A stretch of DNA of 64,000 bases from Marsupella aquatica (Eukaryota > Plantae > Marchantiophyta). The notes under the pieces were generated by a model that saw only the letters and a program-made list of their open reading frames with translations, was not told the origin of the DNA and ran no database searches. The DNA lies in NCBI GenBank assembly GCA_973895155.1, contig OZ316892.1, positions 24,437,971 to 24,501,970 of the forward strand, read 5' to 3'. Each line of letters starts with the position of its first letter. Position 1 is the first letter of the stretch. This document shows, piece after piece, positions 13,200 through 27,021 of this stretch. The position numbers were made by a program, and so were the translations under genes.

Positions 13200-14500
13200 A
13201 AACTAAAGAAAATGAGGATAGCTACAACCGGTTTTACAGTAGTAGCGGGTGTCCAACCTGCCTCTTAGACTGGGCACGTTTGGCACGATGGCTGCCTGAC
13301 AAATGGCGGGACACCCCTAAATATTGAAGGACATGAGTTGTATCATGGTTTGGGACTTTGGGCCCCGACCATGGCCTAATTATTCCTCATTTGCCCTGCC
13401 TGCTTAATTAAGGTACTTCAACCTCCCCATCCCTCCTCCACGACCATCACGAGTGAGGTCAAACATGGTAAACTTTGCCTCCTGGGAAAAGCTAGCCCGG
13501 ACCCAATAATGTAGAGGAACACCATAACATAGACTCAGGTCAATGGTTTCCCAAAACAGTCATCTATGACAACCCATTGGGCCCGGCTCGTAACTTCCTT
13601 TTTCATGGTGACCTCCAAATTTTCTAATTCTCGGCCTTTTGTGTGCCAAGTCCTTTGGTGAACCCCACTTTTGGATGAGGTTTGCATGTGAATCTTGAAC
13701 TCCGAACCTGGCTTGTTGCAATCAAGGCTATTACTGCTAGGCTACAGTTCGCTGGGACAACTAATGTTGAACAAACTCTGTGCTTGTGTAACTCTGCAAA
13801 CCATAGATAACATTAAAAATGTGGAGAAATACGCATTCATGTCTTCACCTTGTGCCATGGCAACATTGAATGACAAAACCCAAAGGGCAAAGGTGAATGG
13901 GTTTCCAGGAACAATAGTCCAAAATTAATATGGAATAAGATTAGAAGATTACAAGGCCACCTGACTTATTACAATGTCTAGAGCGAGACAGAGACAGAGT
14001 ACAGAATGCAAAATGATAGAAGTGCAGATACCCCAGTTCCATGCATGGTAGGCCTATAAAGAGCTTCCCTCTCCCAGTAGCACACTATGGATGGAAGCAG
14101 CCATTTTTTCCTTGCTTTTAAACATTAGCCAAGGTGGCTACTATTTCACCCTATAAACAAACACAAATCTGGTTATGGAGTATTTTATTTCAATTATATA
14201 ATACTTTCTGACTGACTATTGTAGAGAATTCCCTGGCTAACACTCCCTCATAGTGCATTAGGTGATAGCAAATGAAACAGATTTTTTTTTCCTAATTTAT
14301 TTAAGCCTGAGTGTCATGAGCCTGCGTGTTTTTGAGTGTATTTGGGTGTATTTGAGGTGAGCGATTGGCTAATTTTTGCCCCAAAAAATGGCTGGATGGA
14401 ACCCTAACTCGAAGGGCCAAGATTGGCACCCAAAGGGATAGCGAGACAGGGGGGAGAGAGTGCGCACTCTGCCCCTCTGGAGACTTGCTGCTTCCTTCTT
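13200..14500. promoter_or_regulatory. Probable divergent promoter region between epsilon-tubulin (-) and the KH gene (+)
   Basis: Head-to-head genes. CT-rich leader-like sequence starts ~14490 on + and leader/intron-like sequence extends to ~13200 on -. A TGGGCC (site II-like) motif lies at ~13578 and an AACCCTAA (telobox-like) motif at ~14400. The TSSs are not directly visible. Confidence 0.4.
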
Positions 14501-15234
14501 TCTCTCTCTCGCTGGGATCGATCTCTGCGCTGCACCCCTGTCCTCCGCATGCCGCAGACAGTAATCCTGCGCCTCCCGGCCGCTTTAGTCCGGCCATGTC
14601 CGGTCTGGTGTGCGTCGGCCACCGGTTCAGTCCGGTCATGTCCGGTCTAGTGCGGCGCGAGAGAGAGCGTGGCGGAGGGCGGGGGGGCAGGGCAGCGGGG
14701 CTGTGAATCATTCGAATTTACTCATCTGCTTACCGCTCCGCTTCCTTCGCTCCTCGATTTTGCGTCCTCCCTTCTCCTGTGTCGACAGCCCCCTCCCTCC
14801 ATAGCCTCCTGTTCCTGTAGGTTGGTCTGTTGCTCTGCTGCTCTGCTGCTCTGTGCTGCATTGATCGATACTAGAGTTCTGTACAGTACAGACCTCGAAA
14901 TTCGCTCGCGCTTGTTTGTGCACGTTATTATTGTTGTTTCTTTTCTTTCGTCCCGTCTCCCTCCGATTTGGTTGTACTGGACTTTCGTTATTTCCTTCTC
15001 TGCTTCTTCCTTCATGGGCCAATCGTCGATCTTGGGATAGTGTGGTGTAGTTCCTCGCCGCGCTGCGGTCGGTCTTGGATTCTGGCTCGTGCTGAGGTAG
15101 CTTGCATAGTGGTGTGGCGGATTTGGTTTTTTTTTTTTTTGATTTGTCTGTGGCGAGACGCGTGGTCCGCGGGGCGCTGCTCTGTCCACCTTGTAGGTCG
15201 TGGTTGCCTACGCTCCTTTTGTGTTATCGTCTCG

Positions 15235-15300
15235 TCTCTGCTCTGCTCTGCTCTGCACTGCACTGCTCTATTCTGTTCTGTTCTGTTTTGTTCTGTTCTT
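15235..15300 (+). repeat. (CTCTG/TTCTG)n pentanucleotide microsatellite in the KH-gene 5' leader
   Basis: ctctgctctgctctgctctgcactgcactgctctattctgttctgttctgttttgttctgttc. Confidence 0.8.
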
Positions 15301-15658
15301 GCGTTCTTTAATTATCGTCGTCCAGACGTGTCGTTGGTGCCCTGCTAGCGAACGTTTTGCTTCGATTTGCTGCGATTTGCTGCGTTTGATAGTTCGTTTC
15401 AGTGATACTCGACTCCTCCTTCTGGGTGTGGTCGTCCCGTCGTTCGATACTTATTGTCTCGGGCTGAGAAGTGCGGGTTGATCTCCCTGTCGTGGAAGCT
15501 GGTGGAAAAGTCGTTCAGGTGCCGGTGCTGCTTTTATCTGTCTTCTGTTCGTGCTGCGACAACGTCGAGTCGCGGTTGTAGTGCACGTTTTCCTGTCGCT
15601 TACTCTTGAGCTTGCTGCTACTACTGATTTTCTTGAAGTTTCCTCCTCCGCACTTCCC

Positions 15659-18600
15659 ATGGACGGACCTTACTTCGCCTCTCCAGCTAAACGTCCTCAT
15701 TCTCACTACGATCGCGAACCTCTCGAGTCTAACGGAAGGCATAAGAGGCACCAGTCCTCTCATTCCCGGGGGGCCGCTCCCCCTCCCATGAAGCCCGCCG
15801 CGGATGAGACCGTTTTCCGCATTCTTTGTCCAGGATCAAAGACTGGGAGCGTCATTGGGAAGCAGGGGAGCATCATCAAAGCTTTGAGACAGGAAACAGG
15901 TGCGAGGATCAAAATTGCAGACGCTGTCCCGGGCGTGGACGAACGAGTTATTATCATTTCTGCTTCGGATAGGGATCGAGAGAGAGGAAGAGACCGTGAA
16001 AGGAACAGGGATCGGGAACGCGAGAGAGATGGTGTTTCAAGAGAGCGCGACGGAGGCAGCGTTGACCGAGAGAGAGAAGGCAGGGAGCGCGAGAGAGATG
16101 TGAGAGAGCGAGACCGCGGGGAGCCGAGGGATCGGGAAGTACTCTCTCCTGCTCAAGAAGCCCTATTCAGAGTACATGGCAGAATTGTCGATTCGGAGAA
16201 TGCTAACGGGTCGGACGACGAGGATGAGGATGGAGGCCCAAGTCTTGTTACAACTCGTCTTTTGGTACCAAATAACCAAATTGGTTGCCTGCTTGGCAAA
16301 GGGGGGAAAATTATTGAACAGATGCGCGATGAAACTGGTGCACAGATCCGAATTCTCCCCAAGGAACAACTGCCAGGATGTGCCTTGCCCACCGACGAGC
16401 TGGTTCAAGTAAGCCTTTTGAGCTAAAATGCTATGCATGCTTTACCGGTACATGTCCCCGGAGCTAGACAACCGCAATATATTTGAACCCGTCGTTTGTC
16501 TGGATATCTGTGTGAAGATTGTATTTCTTAGGATGTTTCTTTAACATGGCGTAGCTTAGAAGGTTTCATTGACGATACTCGGGGGCATGGGCGAGTTCGT
16601 TTTTTTCCCAGTGACTTGTGTATTTGTCATTACTCTTAGAAATATTTTTCAGCGCATTTCGAAGAATTATCCGTATAGCATTTTGGAAGCTGGATGGTGG
16701 AGTTAATGGTTTTGCAATGTTTGCGTTAACAGATTTTTGGGGAGCTTTCGGTCGTAAAAAAAGCCCTACATGCCATCTCCACGCGTCTGAAGGAGAATCC
16801 GCCTCGCGAGCGCCCGGGTATGGCTGGGTCTCTCCATGGTGGAGGCCTGTATCCCCCTGTACTGGGAGGAGATACCTTCCTGCCTCCTGGAAATCTTCTG
16901 TCTGGTCAAGGTGGCCCTTTACTGGGTTTGGGTCCGTCTATGTCTGGGCTGGGTGGCGGCGGCGGCGGTGTCTTCCCATTCAATTCCAATTCCATGCCGG
17001 TACTCCCGGAGTCTGGCGGTTCTCATCTAGGACGACATGCACCTGTGGACGAAGAACTCGTCTTTCGCATATTGTGCCCCAATGAAAAGATAGGCAGTGT
17101 GATTGGGAAAGGAGGCAGCATCATCAGGACACTAAGAGAGGACACTGGTGCCCGCATCAAAGTTGCAGACCCCAAACCTGGCTCCGACGAGCGTGTCATT
17201 GTGATATCAGCTAATGAGGTGCGCAACGCATCTGCTGCTCGCACAGCTACCCCCGTCCCTCTTCGCCTCTCTCGAAAATTCATTTCCCCCATCAGGGAAT
17301 TTGATCTCATTTTCCAGTTCCGATCAGCAGTTCTTACTTCAACGATATCGAAGAATGGTCGTTACTTTCCTAAACTCTAGCTCCGGTGGGTGCATTGGTC
17401 ATGTGGAAAATGTTTATCGGATGGAAAGGTCGGTTCATAACTGTAAAAATACTCACTGTTCGTTCCTTTTTTACCACAGCACCCGGACGACAATATCTCT
17501 CCGGCACAAGAAGCAGTCCTTCATGTACAAAGCAGGATTGTAGATCTGGGTTCTGATCAAGATGGGGTTATCACTACTAGACTCCTTGTCCCTTCCAACC
17601 AAATAGGCTGTCTCCTTGGAAGAGGTGGCAGTATCATCGCGGACATGAGGAAAGCCACCCGGGCCAATATCCGCATTTTGGCTAAAGATCAACTTCCGCG
17701 ATGTGCTCTGGATACTGATGAGCTTGTCCAGGTAGGTTGTTTGCTCTTCTGGCGTATAGCTTGATCACTTTGAACTTTTGCGAAACTTTGTATATCGCCT
17801 GAGAGAATTTGGGACTCACGTTAAGGCTATAGACTGTACGTGACATGTCTGTCTGTTGGGGTCCCTTTTTTTAACTTGTTACCCCTTTGATGAACGTTAT
17901 CAGATTGTTGGTGACATCCGAGTAGCCCGTGAAGCTCTTATTCAAATTACTTCACGTTTGAGAAGCAATTTGTACAGGGAGAAGACAGGTTCTGGATCCA
18001 GTGGTTCGTTCCCGTCCACATTGTCAGGATTAGGGATACAGAGCAGTCTTCCCATGTCGTCCGGATATGGTGGGAGGCATGACCCGGGTTCTCCTGGAGG
18101 GATGTACTCGTCGCTGTCTGGATTGGGAATCCAAGGGCAAGCCCGTGGGTCCTCATATCAAAATTTAAATTCTTCCCCAGGAGCATGGGGTATACAGGTA
18201 TTCCACCTTCTCTCTGATGATCTTGCAAAGTCGTTTTCATTGGGTGGATGTGGCTTATAAAACCTGTTTGGTATTCTTTCTAAAAGTTGTTTTCTATATC
18301 CGAAGGGAGGAGGTAACAACTCGTCTGGAGGAGGAAGCCTCTCTGGTTACGGTGGTGGATCATCTCACCAAAGTGGCTCTGGAAGATATGGCGGGTATGG
18401 AATTGTCAGCTGTTTCTTTAAATTGTCCTCGCTGTATAGGTGCGTCGGTACTCATTATCCTTTCCTCGATGATCGTCTTATGTCATTTCTCTCGGGCTTT
18501 GTTGTGACAGTGGTGGCCGGTCAAGTGGGGGTCTCGTAACAAACACCACAGTCGAGGTTATAATCCCTAATGGAGCAGTGGGCTCCATTATAGGAAAGTC

Positions 18601-18923
18601 TGGAAGCAATATTGCCCAGATTCGGCAGGTGAGTCTTGATGTGTACTCACGAGCCATTCCATGGTCTCATGATTCGGCGGTGGGTATTTATTTAGACTTG
18701 TACCGACCGGTTTTGTCTGGTTGGCAAGGAGAGGTACTGATGATATGACATTTTTTGACAGATTTCCGGGGCCAAAGTGAAATTGCATGATGTTCGTCCT
18801 GGTTCGTCTGAACGAATGGTGGAAATTTCCGGCACTCCCGACCAAGCCCAACGCGCGCAAAGCCTTCTTCAAACGTTTATCTTGAATGGGCAGTCATCTT
18901 CACTCGGGCCATATCTTGGCTAG
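15659..18923 (+). CDS. KH-domain RNA-binding protein with five KH domains (HEN4/RCF3-like plant family), 7 exons, ~716 aa
   Basis: Exons 15659-16408, 16733-17218, 17480-17731, 17904-18197, 18306-18394, 18511-18628, 18762-18923, all GT-AG and in phase. Five GxxG KH loops: VIGKQGSII, LLGKGGKII, VIGKGGSII, LLGRGGSII, IIGKSGSNI. The C-terminal 'ISGTPDQAQRAQSLLQTFI' is typical of this family. Confidence 0.93.
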
Positions 18924-21900
18924 TGCTAGGAGGTGAGCCTCGTGGTTTAAGATCAATCTATTAACTTCACGTTTTGATTCCCCAGCTCATCTCTGTACAA
19001 CCGCTTCCACTTGGATTGCTTGACCGTGGTCTAGCTTTTATCTTTGCGCTTTCGTTCGTAATGTATGCACTGGTTTTATCTGTTGGTGTGGAGTCTTCAG
19101 TGCTGCACCATCTAACCACCCTGACTAATGGTTAAGGCCAACCTTTCTGATACGATGGCTTTCCTTTGTGCCTTTCTCCTTCCTCTATCTACTTTAACAG
19201 CCGCAGACAAGAAGCCTGGAGCCAGACTACTATAGGCTGCAGCCCCAGCCCAAACTATGCGGACAAAAAGAGCTGAGCCGTCGAAGCCCATCCTTCCCAA
19301 GATTGACAAAGTGTGGACTGGGTGGCTTCCTCTTTGAGGAGTTGCTGAGATGCCCGGTTGCTACTCTTTCTTGGGCTGCCTCTTTACTTAGGTGATTTAA
19401 AGGAGTTGCCGGAGATTTTGATCACTCGTTCGAGCCTTCACGCCCTGCACAACTTGAATGTATTTATTATGCCCTCCATCGAAAGAGAATCCATCAAGCT
19501 ATGCCTATGACCAAGCTGAGCTGTGAGAGATTAGGCTACGTCTGGTCGAACTGTGACCTTTGCAAGCTATCTGAGTCTGAAGTGGGAGGCTTTTCAGTAG
19601 TTCTCACAGAGTTTGCTTTGGCTTTTCTAGTGGATCTTAGGTTTAGTGTACTCTTGTAGTCGTGTAACTTTGGTTGGTTCACTGTAGCCTGCTCAAGGAA
19701 TGCCAATGTACAGCTAACCGTGACAATTTTGAGGCCACCTACTGTACACGGTTTCAGAACCCTGAAGAGTAAAGCTGCCAGTCAATATTGCTTAGCTGTT
19801 CAAAGCTGTATCTAAGACAGATTCCTAGAGCATTCTATATACACTTTCTAGGATGCACTCTCCATGGTGTTGTGAGGTTTTTCAAAGTGGATGGAACGGT
19901 CACCTTGCATGTTCCAGGAATCGGTCTTCAAACATTGCAAGCATCACAAGCGTCCAAAACAGCACCATATGATGCATATCGTGTGTTAGCTTGACCAGGC
20001 GTTCCATTGTAGTGCTCATCGAGTCTTGTGCTCAGTAGTTGAAAATTTACGTAGCTCGCCACAATCTAGTATCTTGTTAAACATTTGGGATGTTGTAGAA
20101 ATGACTCTTAGTCTTGCTTTGAGGATCCTCCAGGAACACAATAAGTTGTAGTATGTGTACCTTCATTCCGCTATAACCTCATCCAGCTTGTCATGAGACC
20201 AAGACGCAGATCTCTTTGATTTACTACCAAAACTGAGGGGAGTTAGTCTGTCAGAATTAGTTTCCCGTTTCATATAATGTTTGTGGAGATGTCCTGATGC
20301 ATGAAAGGGAGGGTGAAAGCCAGCCAAAGCGGTTGCTCAGTCAGATTGGAGGTACGTGGAACCTTATCCTTCAAGTGCACCAGGTGCCTCCTCTGTCCTA
20401 AACAAGACAATGTTCGGGGCTTAAATGTATAGTATGACCATGAGATGTCACCCTCTCAACCATTCTGATATAACTTAAAAAATGAGAATGTCCTGACGGT
20501 GGGCATGTTCTCGAGGGCCTTTACCACATCAAATGCTGGTTTTGTCAGCAGGAATTGAATCCGATCAAAAATATCTTCCAGTATAAGTTGAACCAACCCA
20601 TTTTGACCTGGTTTTGGGTTGGACCATATACTTTAAGAACTTCCGGAGAACCCTCACATAAGTGCTGCAAAAATGCTTTGTATTTTTGAAGGCCTTGTGT
20701 AGTCTGTAGAACTCAACATTGGAGGGGTGTCCTCTGGCGGGCATAACACCTAATCTGTTCTCTTTGGTACGGCTCGTAGGAGACTGAAGGCCCTTTATAA
20801 GTTGTGCCAAGAAAGTAGGGTAAAGGGAGCAAGGCAGTGTACGTGAATGTAACTTGTGCACCCAGTGAGATTGGTCAGGTATGTCCATTTTCTGATGGCC
20901 ACAAGTTCTGTATTTTCTGATGGCCGTTTCAATGTGTTCCCGATTTCTGTTTTTGTAGATTGGTGTCCATTTGGAGGACTTGTGCACAGTTGACCTGAAC
21001 GTGGTGAATTTTCTTTAATTTTCAAGAATCGGAGGATGGAGGTGAGTGGATGCATGCCTACCTTGCAGGGTTTACGCTATTTGGAGTTGGGATGTTCTCT
21101 CCTGGTAATTGCTAACGTCAGTGACTGGATCTAATTATTTATGGTGATCGTTTTCTTTCTGGCTGTTTTGACTGTTCTTTATGAGCATGTGAATTTTCCA
21201 GATAATCAAGGATACGCACGTTTTCAGAATTTTGAACTGCGCTGATTTTTGCTCTGTTTTCTTTCTCCCTCTTATATATCTTTCAAGGTACTAACGAGAG
21301 TTGGGAAGGGTGGTGGTGGTGGGTTCGTGTGTTGTGCTTGGTTGTTTTGAGTCTTTGAATTGTCGTCACTTTGGGCTCATCATTTTCACCCGTCCAGTTG
21401 CTTCCAATCCTCTCCTTCTTTGAAGTCATTTGAAGGACTCTCTGGACGGTATGTGTCTCCGATATAGAGCATACTGTTCGACCAATGTAGTGCCGAAATG
21501 TATTTTCTTTGTGTGGCTGTGCCCTTTGTTCGACTAGAAGAACTCGAGATGGGCTCATTACCAATAGGCCATTCTAGCCTGCATGAGTTAGGCTAGTTGT
21601 TGGTTACCTTGGGTACACGCTGTTTCCACCAGATGCAGAAATAGTGCGGTACTGCATTTAAAGCTTACCCATCCTGGAGCACGTTGTTTAGACTGGAAGG
21701 AACGGGAGGGAGAGTCTTTAATGTTCACGAGTTTGGCACGCAGTGGTTTTAACCGTATTTCAATGTGGAGCTAGGCAAGTGCCCGCAGTCATGCTTGGAC
21801 CAAGTGACGTGATCTGTTAGATACCGGTTCTGCTGGACTCAGCAGTTATGAGGCCAGGACGAGAGGGTGAATGTAAAAGGTGGAATCACTAGGGCTGCTA

Positions 21901-24797
21901 AGGCTAGTGGGTAGTTAGTTACGTTCATTTTAAAGTGGATCGGGGTGTGTGATTGTCTTGATGTCCATAAGGCCTGTCAGCGCAGAGTAGTCATTGTCGC
22001 AGCTCAAAGCGCGGGCCTGTTCAAGTCCATGCTTGAGCTGAGTGACCTGATGTGTTACTTTCATTTCTGACAAGGCTAAGATAGTCGGTGTCTAGAGGGT
22101 GTGGAATCGCTTTGTGTGCGAAGGCTGGTTGGCAGAATTGAGGTTGGATTCAAGCTAGTTTGAGTCCTGCAATCGAATGGGACTATCCTCCATTTGGGGT
22201 AGTAGACGTAGAGTCACCGTTTTCGTAGTGATCCAGTATCTGAAAGAAATTCCATTGGACCGTGCAAGTTGTAAATTGAGATCTAGATTCTTTACTCAAT
22301 AAAGCTGTTTCTGATATGAATGCCTCCTTTAATAGCTGCTGTCTGCTATCAAAATTCTGGGGAAGTTATTCAGATTTGTGTTTGTATCGTACTTCCAGAG
22401 GACCTTCGTGCACTATTTGGATGTTGATGTCTTTGTAGCTTCCTAAATGGGTATTCGTCTGGATGAATTGGGCGCGACGGCATTAGACTGATGACAGCTT
22501 AAAGAGAATTGTAACGTTACATTCTTGACACTTCTTTCTGCGTCTCTTTCTTTGGAATTTGGCCTTTCCTTCCTTGAATTGCGATACAGTTGATTTGTTC
22601 CTCGGATAATGATCATTGATGGGGAATGTCCTTGTTCCTCTGTTCTTATTGAAGTTTGAGTGTAAGCTATTCAAAACTATTCTCAGGTTAATTAGGCTTT
22701 AGCTATGACCGACTACTGCTTCTGGAGTAACGTACGATGCATACACTGAAGTTAATACCCTCGGGAGAGGTATGAGCTGGAGCTGTTACCAATTGCTCGA
22801 CATTGGGGTGATTGTTTAGAGCCTACAGCTGTCTTTCGTAATGATAAAGCTAAGCCTGTCACTACTTGATCCTTTCGTTTTGTAATTACTGTCCAACGTG
22901 ATCTCCTCGACGTGCAATGGTGAAGCTCTCTCTCGCTCTCTCTACCTAGAAGTTCTGTATGAGTCCGAACAGCCAGTTGAAGGAAGCACGAAAAGACACG
23001 AATCACGGGCAGATGATTCCACACATGATCTCTTGGCAAAATTTGTTTAGATAAAGTCTAGACGGAGAGGTACGTTGTGCAAGGCCCAGGCAAATGCCAA
23101 CTGCATGGCAAGGATGCAGAAGAGAAGATTTTGCTGCTACCCATCTTTGTTGTGAAAGTCCATCTGAGTATTTGGGCAAATTCAAAGTACCATCTAATGT
23201 AGGCTTAACTTCTTTAAAAACATCCCAATGCATAAAATACATCTATTCGTAATGGAAAAAATCTGAAAACAGTCCAATGCATAAAATACATCTATTCGAA
23301 TGGAACAATTCTACAGAGTGAAATATAACTGACCTGTGGTTTGAAATAGAATTGAAGTGATTTTTTTTAAGAATTATGAATTTAGGGCAAATCCATGTGA
23401 AAAGTGATTTTCTTTTGTCCATCTTGGTATATAACTTTAATAATGACGGGTCCAATTAGATACTCTGGAAAATCTGAAAATTTCATGTCACCTTGGAAAT
23501 GTCTAACCATTAGATGATTTGAATTGAACCATTTATATTCATTTGGTGTGTGACGACTAGTGTGAAGGCGGGTGGTGTGGTCTCACAATTGAAAATGTGG
23601 TCTCACAATTGAAAATGTGACCATACAATTGAAAATAAATTTTCACAAGGTAAGATGTTTTGAATTCAACCATCCAAGTTACTTTTGTGTGTGAATACTC
23701 ATGTGGTCTCTTAAGTCAAAATTAACTTTAAAATACAATCATTTATATTGCTTGTGTGTGGAGACTTGTGTGAACAATAATGCCTTTGCTTGAGGGAAGA
23801 AACTCTATCAAACTAAAGTTGGATGTTGATATAAGTAGGCTATGCCCTTTGTGGTACTTAATCAATAAGAATAACTTAGACATTAGTTGGGCTTTGAAAA
23901 AGATCAATATTGAAATATCCAAAGTATAGTTGTTTCAAGTTTGGGTATAAAGTGTATTTTAGAAGGCAATTTTACTGCAATAAAATAAAACAATTTGGTA
24001 AGCAACATATAAAACATTCTTATATTGATTTTGAAATTACAATTGGAGTGAATAATACACCAACTCTCACAAATGTGTGTACCAGAATACTTTAACTTAT
24101 AATTTATATATTGATTTTGAAGTTACAACTGGGGTAGCAACTGGGGTAGAAGAGTACACGCAGTGATCCCCTTGTAGATGGATGTACCAAAATGCCACTT
24201 GTAACCTCATTGACTTTGAACTTATAACTAGTGTCAAACAGTATAGTACACCTTGCATAGGTGTGTACTATAGTTGATTGTCGGTTGATTGCCTTAACTC
24301 TTATACTATATTATGGAATTAGTAATTATAGTCCCCAATTGATAATAAACTTAAGCGGAAAACTTGTGTACAAGGAATAATTCATTCATTTGAAAAACAA
24401 AGGGAAATTTTCACTTTCTTAATATGTAATCTGCTAAGATAACCCTAACTATATGAACAAAAATATAAAAGATCATTGACCTACCAAGAGCATTGCTTTC
24501 TACAGAAAGAATGCAAATCACTAATACTTACATTCTGGTTAAGGAGAAATATCTGATTATTCAAATAATAAGCTTTAGCTGACATTGTGGTAAAATATTA
24601 ATATACTAATTTTTTCCCGTCCAGATATGACAATGCTATAAATTGTTAACTCTTTAGATCATTTATTTTGAAATAAACACTATTATGATAAATAGTACAT
24701 GTGACAATTAAATTTGAAAGTATAGATAGTCCATGTTTGATTTAGCTTTATATAAGATTAATTTTAGCAATCACATTTATTGCATACAGGAAAGAGA

Positions 24798-24901
24798 GTG
24801 ATACAGATTGGTAAGTAACTTGCCATGATCTCGGATCCCAAGATTATTGTGATACAGATTGGTAAGTAACTTGCCATGATCTCGGATCCCAAGATTATTG
24901 T
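24798..24901. repeat. Perfect 51-bp tandem duplication
   Basis: gtgatacagattggtaagtaacttgccatgatctcggatcccaagattatt occurs twice, starting at 24798 and 24849. Confidence 0.9.
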
Positions 24902-27021
24902 CTTGCCTCAAACTCAACAATCATTAGTAAGTAGGTCAGTGGATAGAGTCTCCCAAATCCGCTTGACCTTGCCATAAGTTGAAGCTAAGGTTGGCACTCA
25001 TTGTTCGTCTATAATAATCCCTTTACTGGGTGCTTCCCCACTTTCTATCCGTCTCTTATTGATCGCCTTGCCTCCAAGGCATGCCCATGGCCCAAATATA
25101 TAGCTAGTTTGTCCCAAATTAAAGTTTGTCCCAAACTTGTCGCGATTGTTGGGACCAGTTCAGCCCCAATACTAGCAACCCTCTCTAGAGCTTCAAACCA
25201 ACCAGGAGTTCTAGGGTAAGATGCACTTGGACCTTAACAGTTGTGCCTACTCTGCGTTGCCTCCCCAACGCAAGCTCCCATGAGAAACTAAACGCAGCTA
25301 GCTTGGTTGCTTTTTTGGGAGGGTTGTGCGACAAGCTTGCGAGATAGCCCTTGCAAAGCGTGAGGACAAAGGCACCCTCGGACTCAGTCGATATCAATAG
25401 GATGTAGTCCTCCTTGAGAGCTTTCCATTGCATCCTACAAGGCCTCCAACGGACTTACGTTCCCGTTGAGTGGATATCATCATTTCCATCTGATGTTTCC
25501 CTTTAGTAGCGCGACAGCTGCACTTCATGACTTGGGCTCGCCCCTGGCCCATTACAACACAACATTCCCCTCATATATGCTTTTGGAGACCCATCATCCT
25601 TGGATAAACTTTGGTCCCATATTTTTGGCCCTCTACTTGGACTCCAACTTGATCAGTTGAACACGAAGCTAATTGGCCATAACTTTCTAGTTTGACATCC
25701 GTAGGTGAAGTGCCTTAGCCCGTTGTGATTGGGCCGACACAATGCCCAGGCTTGGGCCCCTAGAACTCATCTTCAGTTATTTGTCATGGACAATTCTGCC
25801 CAAGCCGCACCGTTTCTCATGAGCCATGCATCCATTCCACATGAACTGATCTTCTATGTACTTGGGCCCAAGTGGAGCTCCCACTCAAGCACTTGGAACT
25901 CAGAGTCCATCTGGGGGTCCGAATGGTCCATCCTGAGCTCGGCCCTTCCTATGACCTGGCCAGCTCCTAACACCAGTCTAAGTCCCTTGTGTACGCCACT
26001 AGTTCAGCGCATGGCTTTCGCTATTGCAACACTTTCTTGCCCATAAGTCTCCCTGTACCTTGTTCCTACTGGATGGCCGTCCCGACGGTTAGAGGAGCTT
26101 GGCATCATAAGTGATAGAGTAGTTGAGTTCTCCGCGATGTCCCTCCATCCTATGCATGACCTTCGTTTAGTAGCAGCCTATACCTATGCATAGCCTTTGC
26201 CCTTGCCCTCATGAGGATGGTCAAAGTCACATTGAGGGAGGCTCAGGCCATCTGATCATGAATGGGATATACCATGCACTTAGGATGGGACAAGTGGATG
26301 TCATGCTCTCTAAGAGGGTGTCTCAATACTCAGCGGTACCACAATAATGTCTTTGGATAACATGGGAACTCCCCCTGCCATGGTGATGGCTAGTGCATTC
26401 GAAGCTAGTAAGGCTAATCAAGAATGAAGGAATAATATTATTAATCTTGCCTTATGAGGCGGGTCAATGCTATCTCCCACCATTTTCCAAATTCCTTAAC
26501 TGGGTCCCATAACCACAATTACAAGATGGGTAACATAAATCCACAATGTACGTCCATTTTTTAAATCAGCTTTTTACTAACGTGCTTTTTAATTGTCTCC
26601 CACGCAAAATAAATTATCAACCTGTCCCCCATTTTGTGTATGGGCTTCCATTTACTCAACCATGGTTACAAAACTTTTGTTACATGATGGACTACACAAT
26701 TTTGTAACTTCCAACCTAGCCCAGCTTTGGGTCGCTAATAGACTACACAAATCCATAACTTTCAATCATGCTCAAAGCAACGTAGCTTTGAGAAGTGCTA
26801 ATTCTGTCACGTTTCCTGCATGTAAATAGTTTTGGAGACCCTTGCTATTCCCCTAATCTGTTGCTCAGAAGTAACCATTTCCCAAACAAATGCATGTATG
26901 GGGAGGGGTTCTAGCCTGAACCCTACTCCAAGAAAACTAAGAAAACCTTCCTGTTTGCTAGTAACCCTAGACCAAACTTGCATTATCCTATACGTAATTC
27001 ATGTCAGGAAGAAAGGTTATA

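Noticed and set aside
14301-15550. Cluster of overlapping 60-155 aa ORFs on both strands
   Set aside because: GC/CT-rich leader and microsatellite sequence of the KH gene, giving low-complexity translations.
15551-15658. N-terminal extension of the KH ORF in the ORF track
   Set aside because: It starts at GTG. The first ATG is at 15659 (MDGPYF...).
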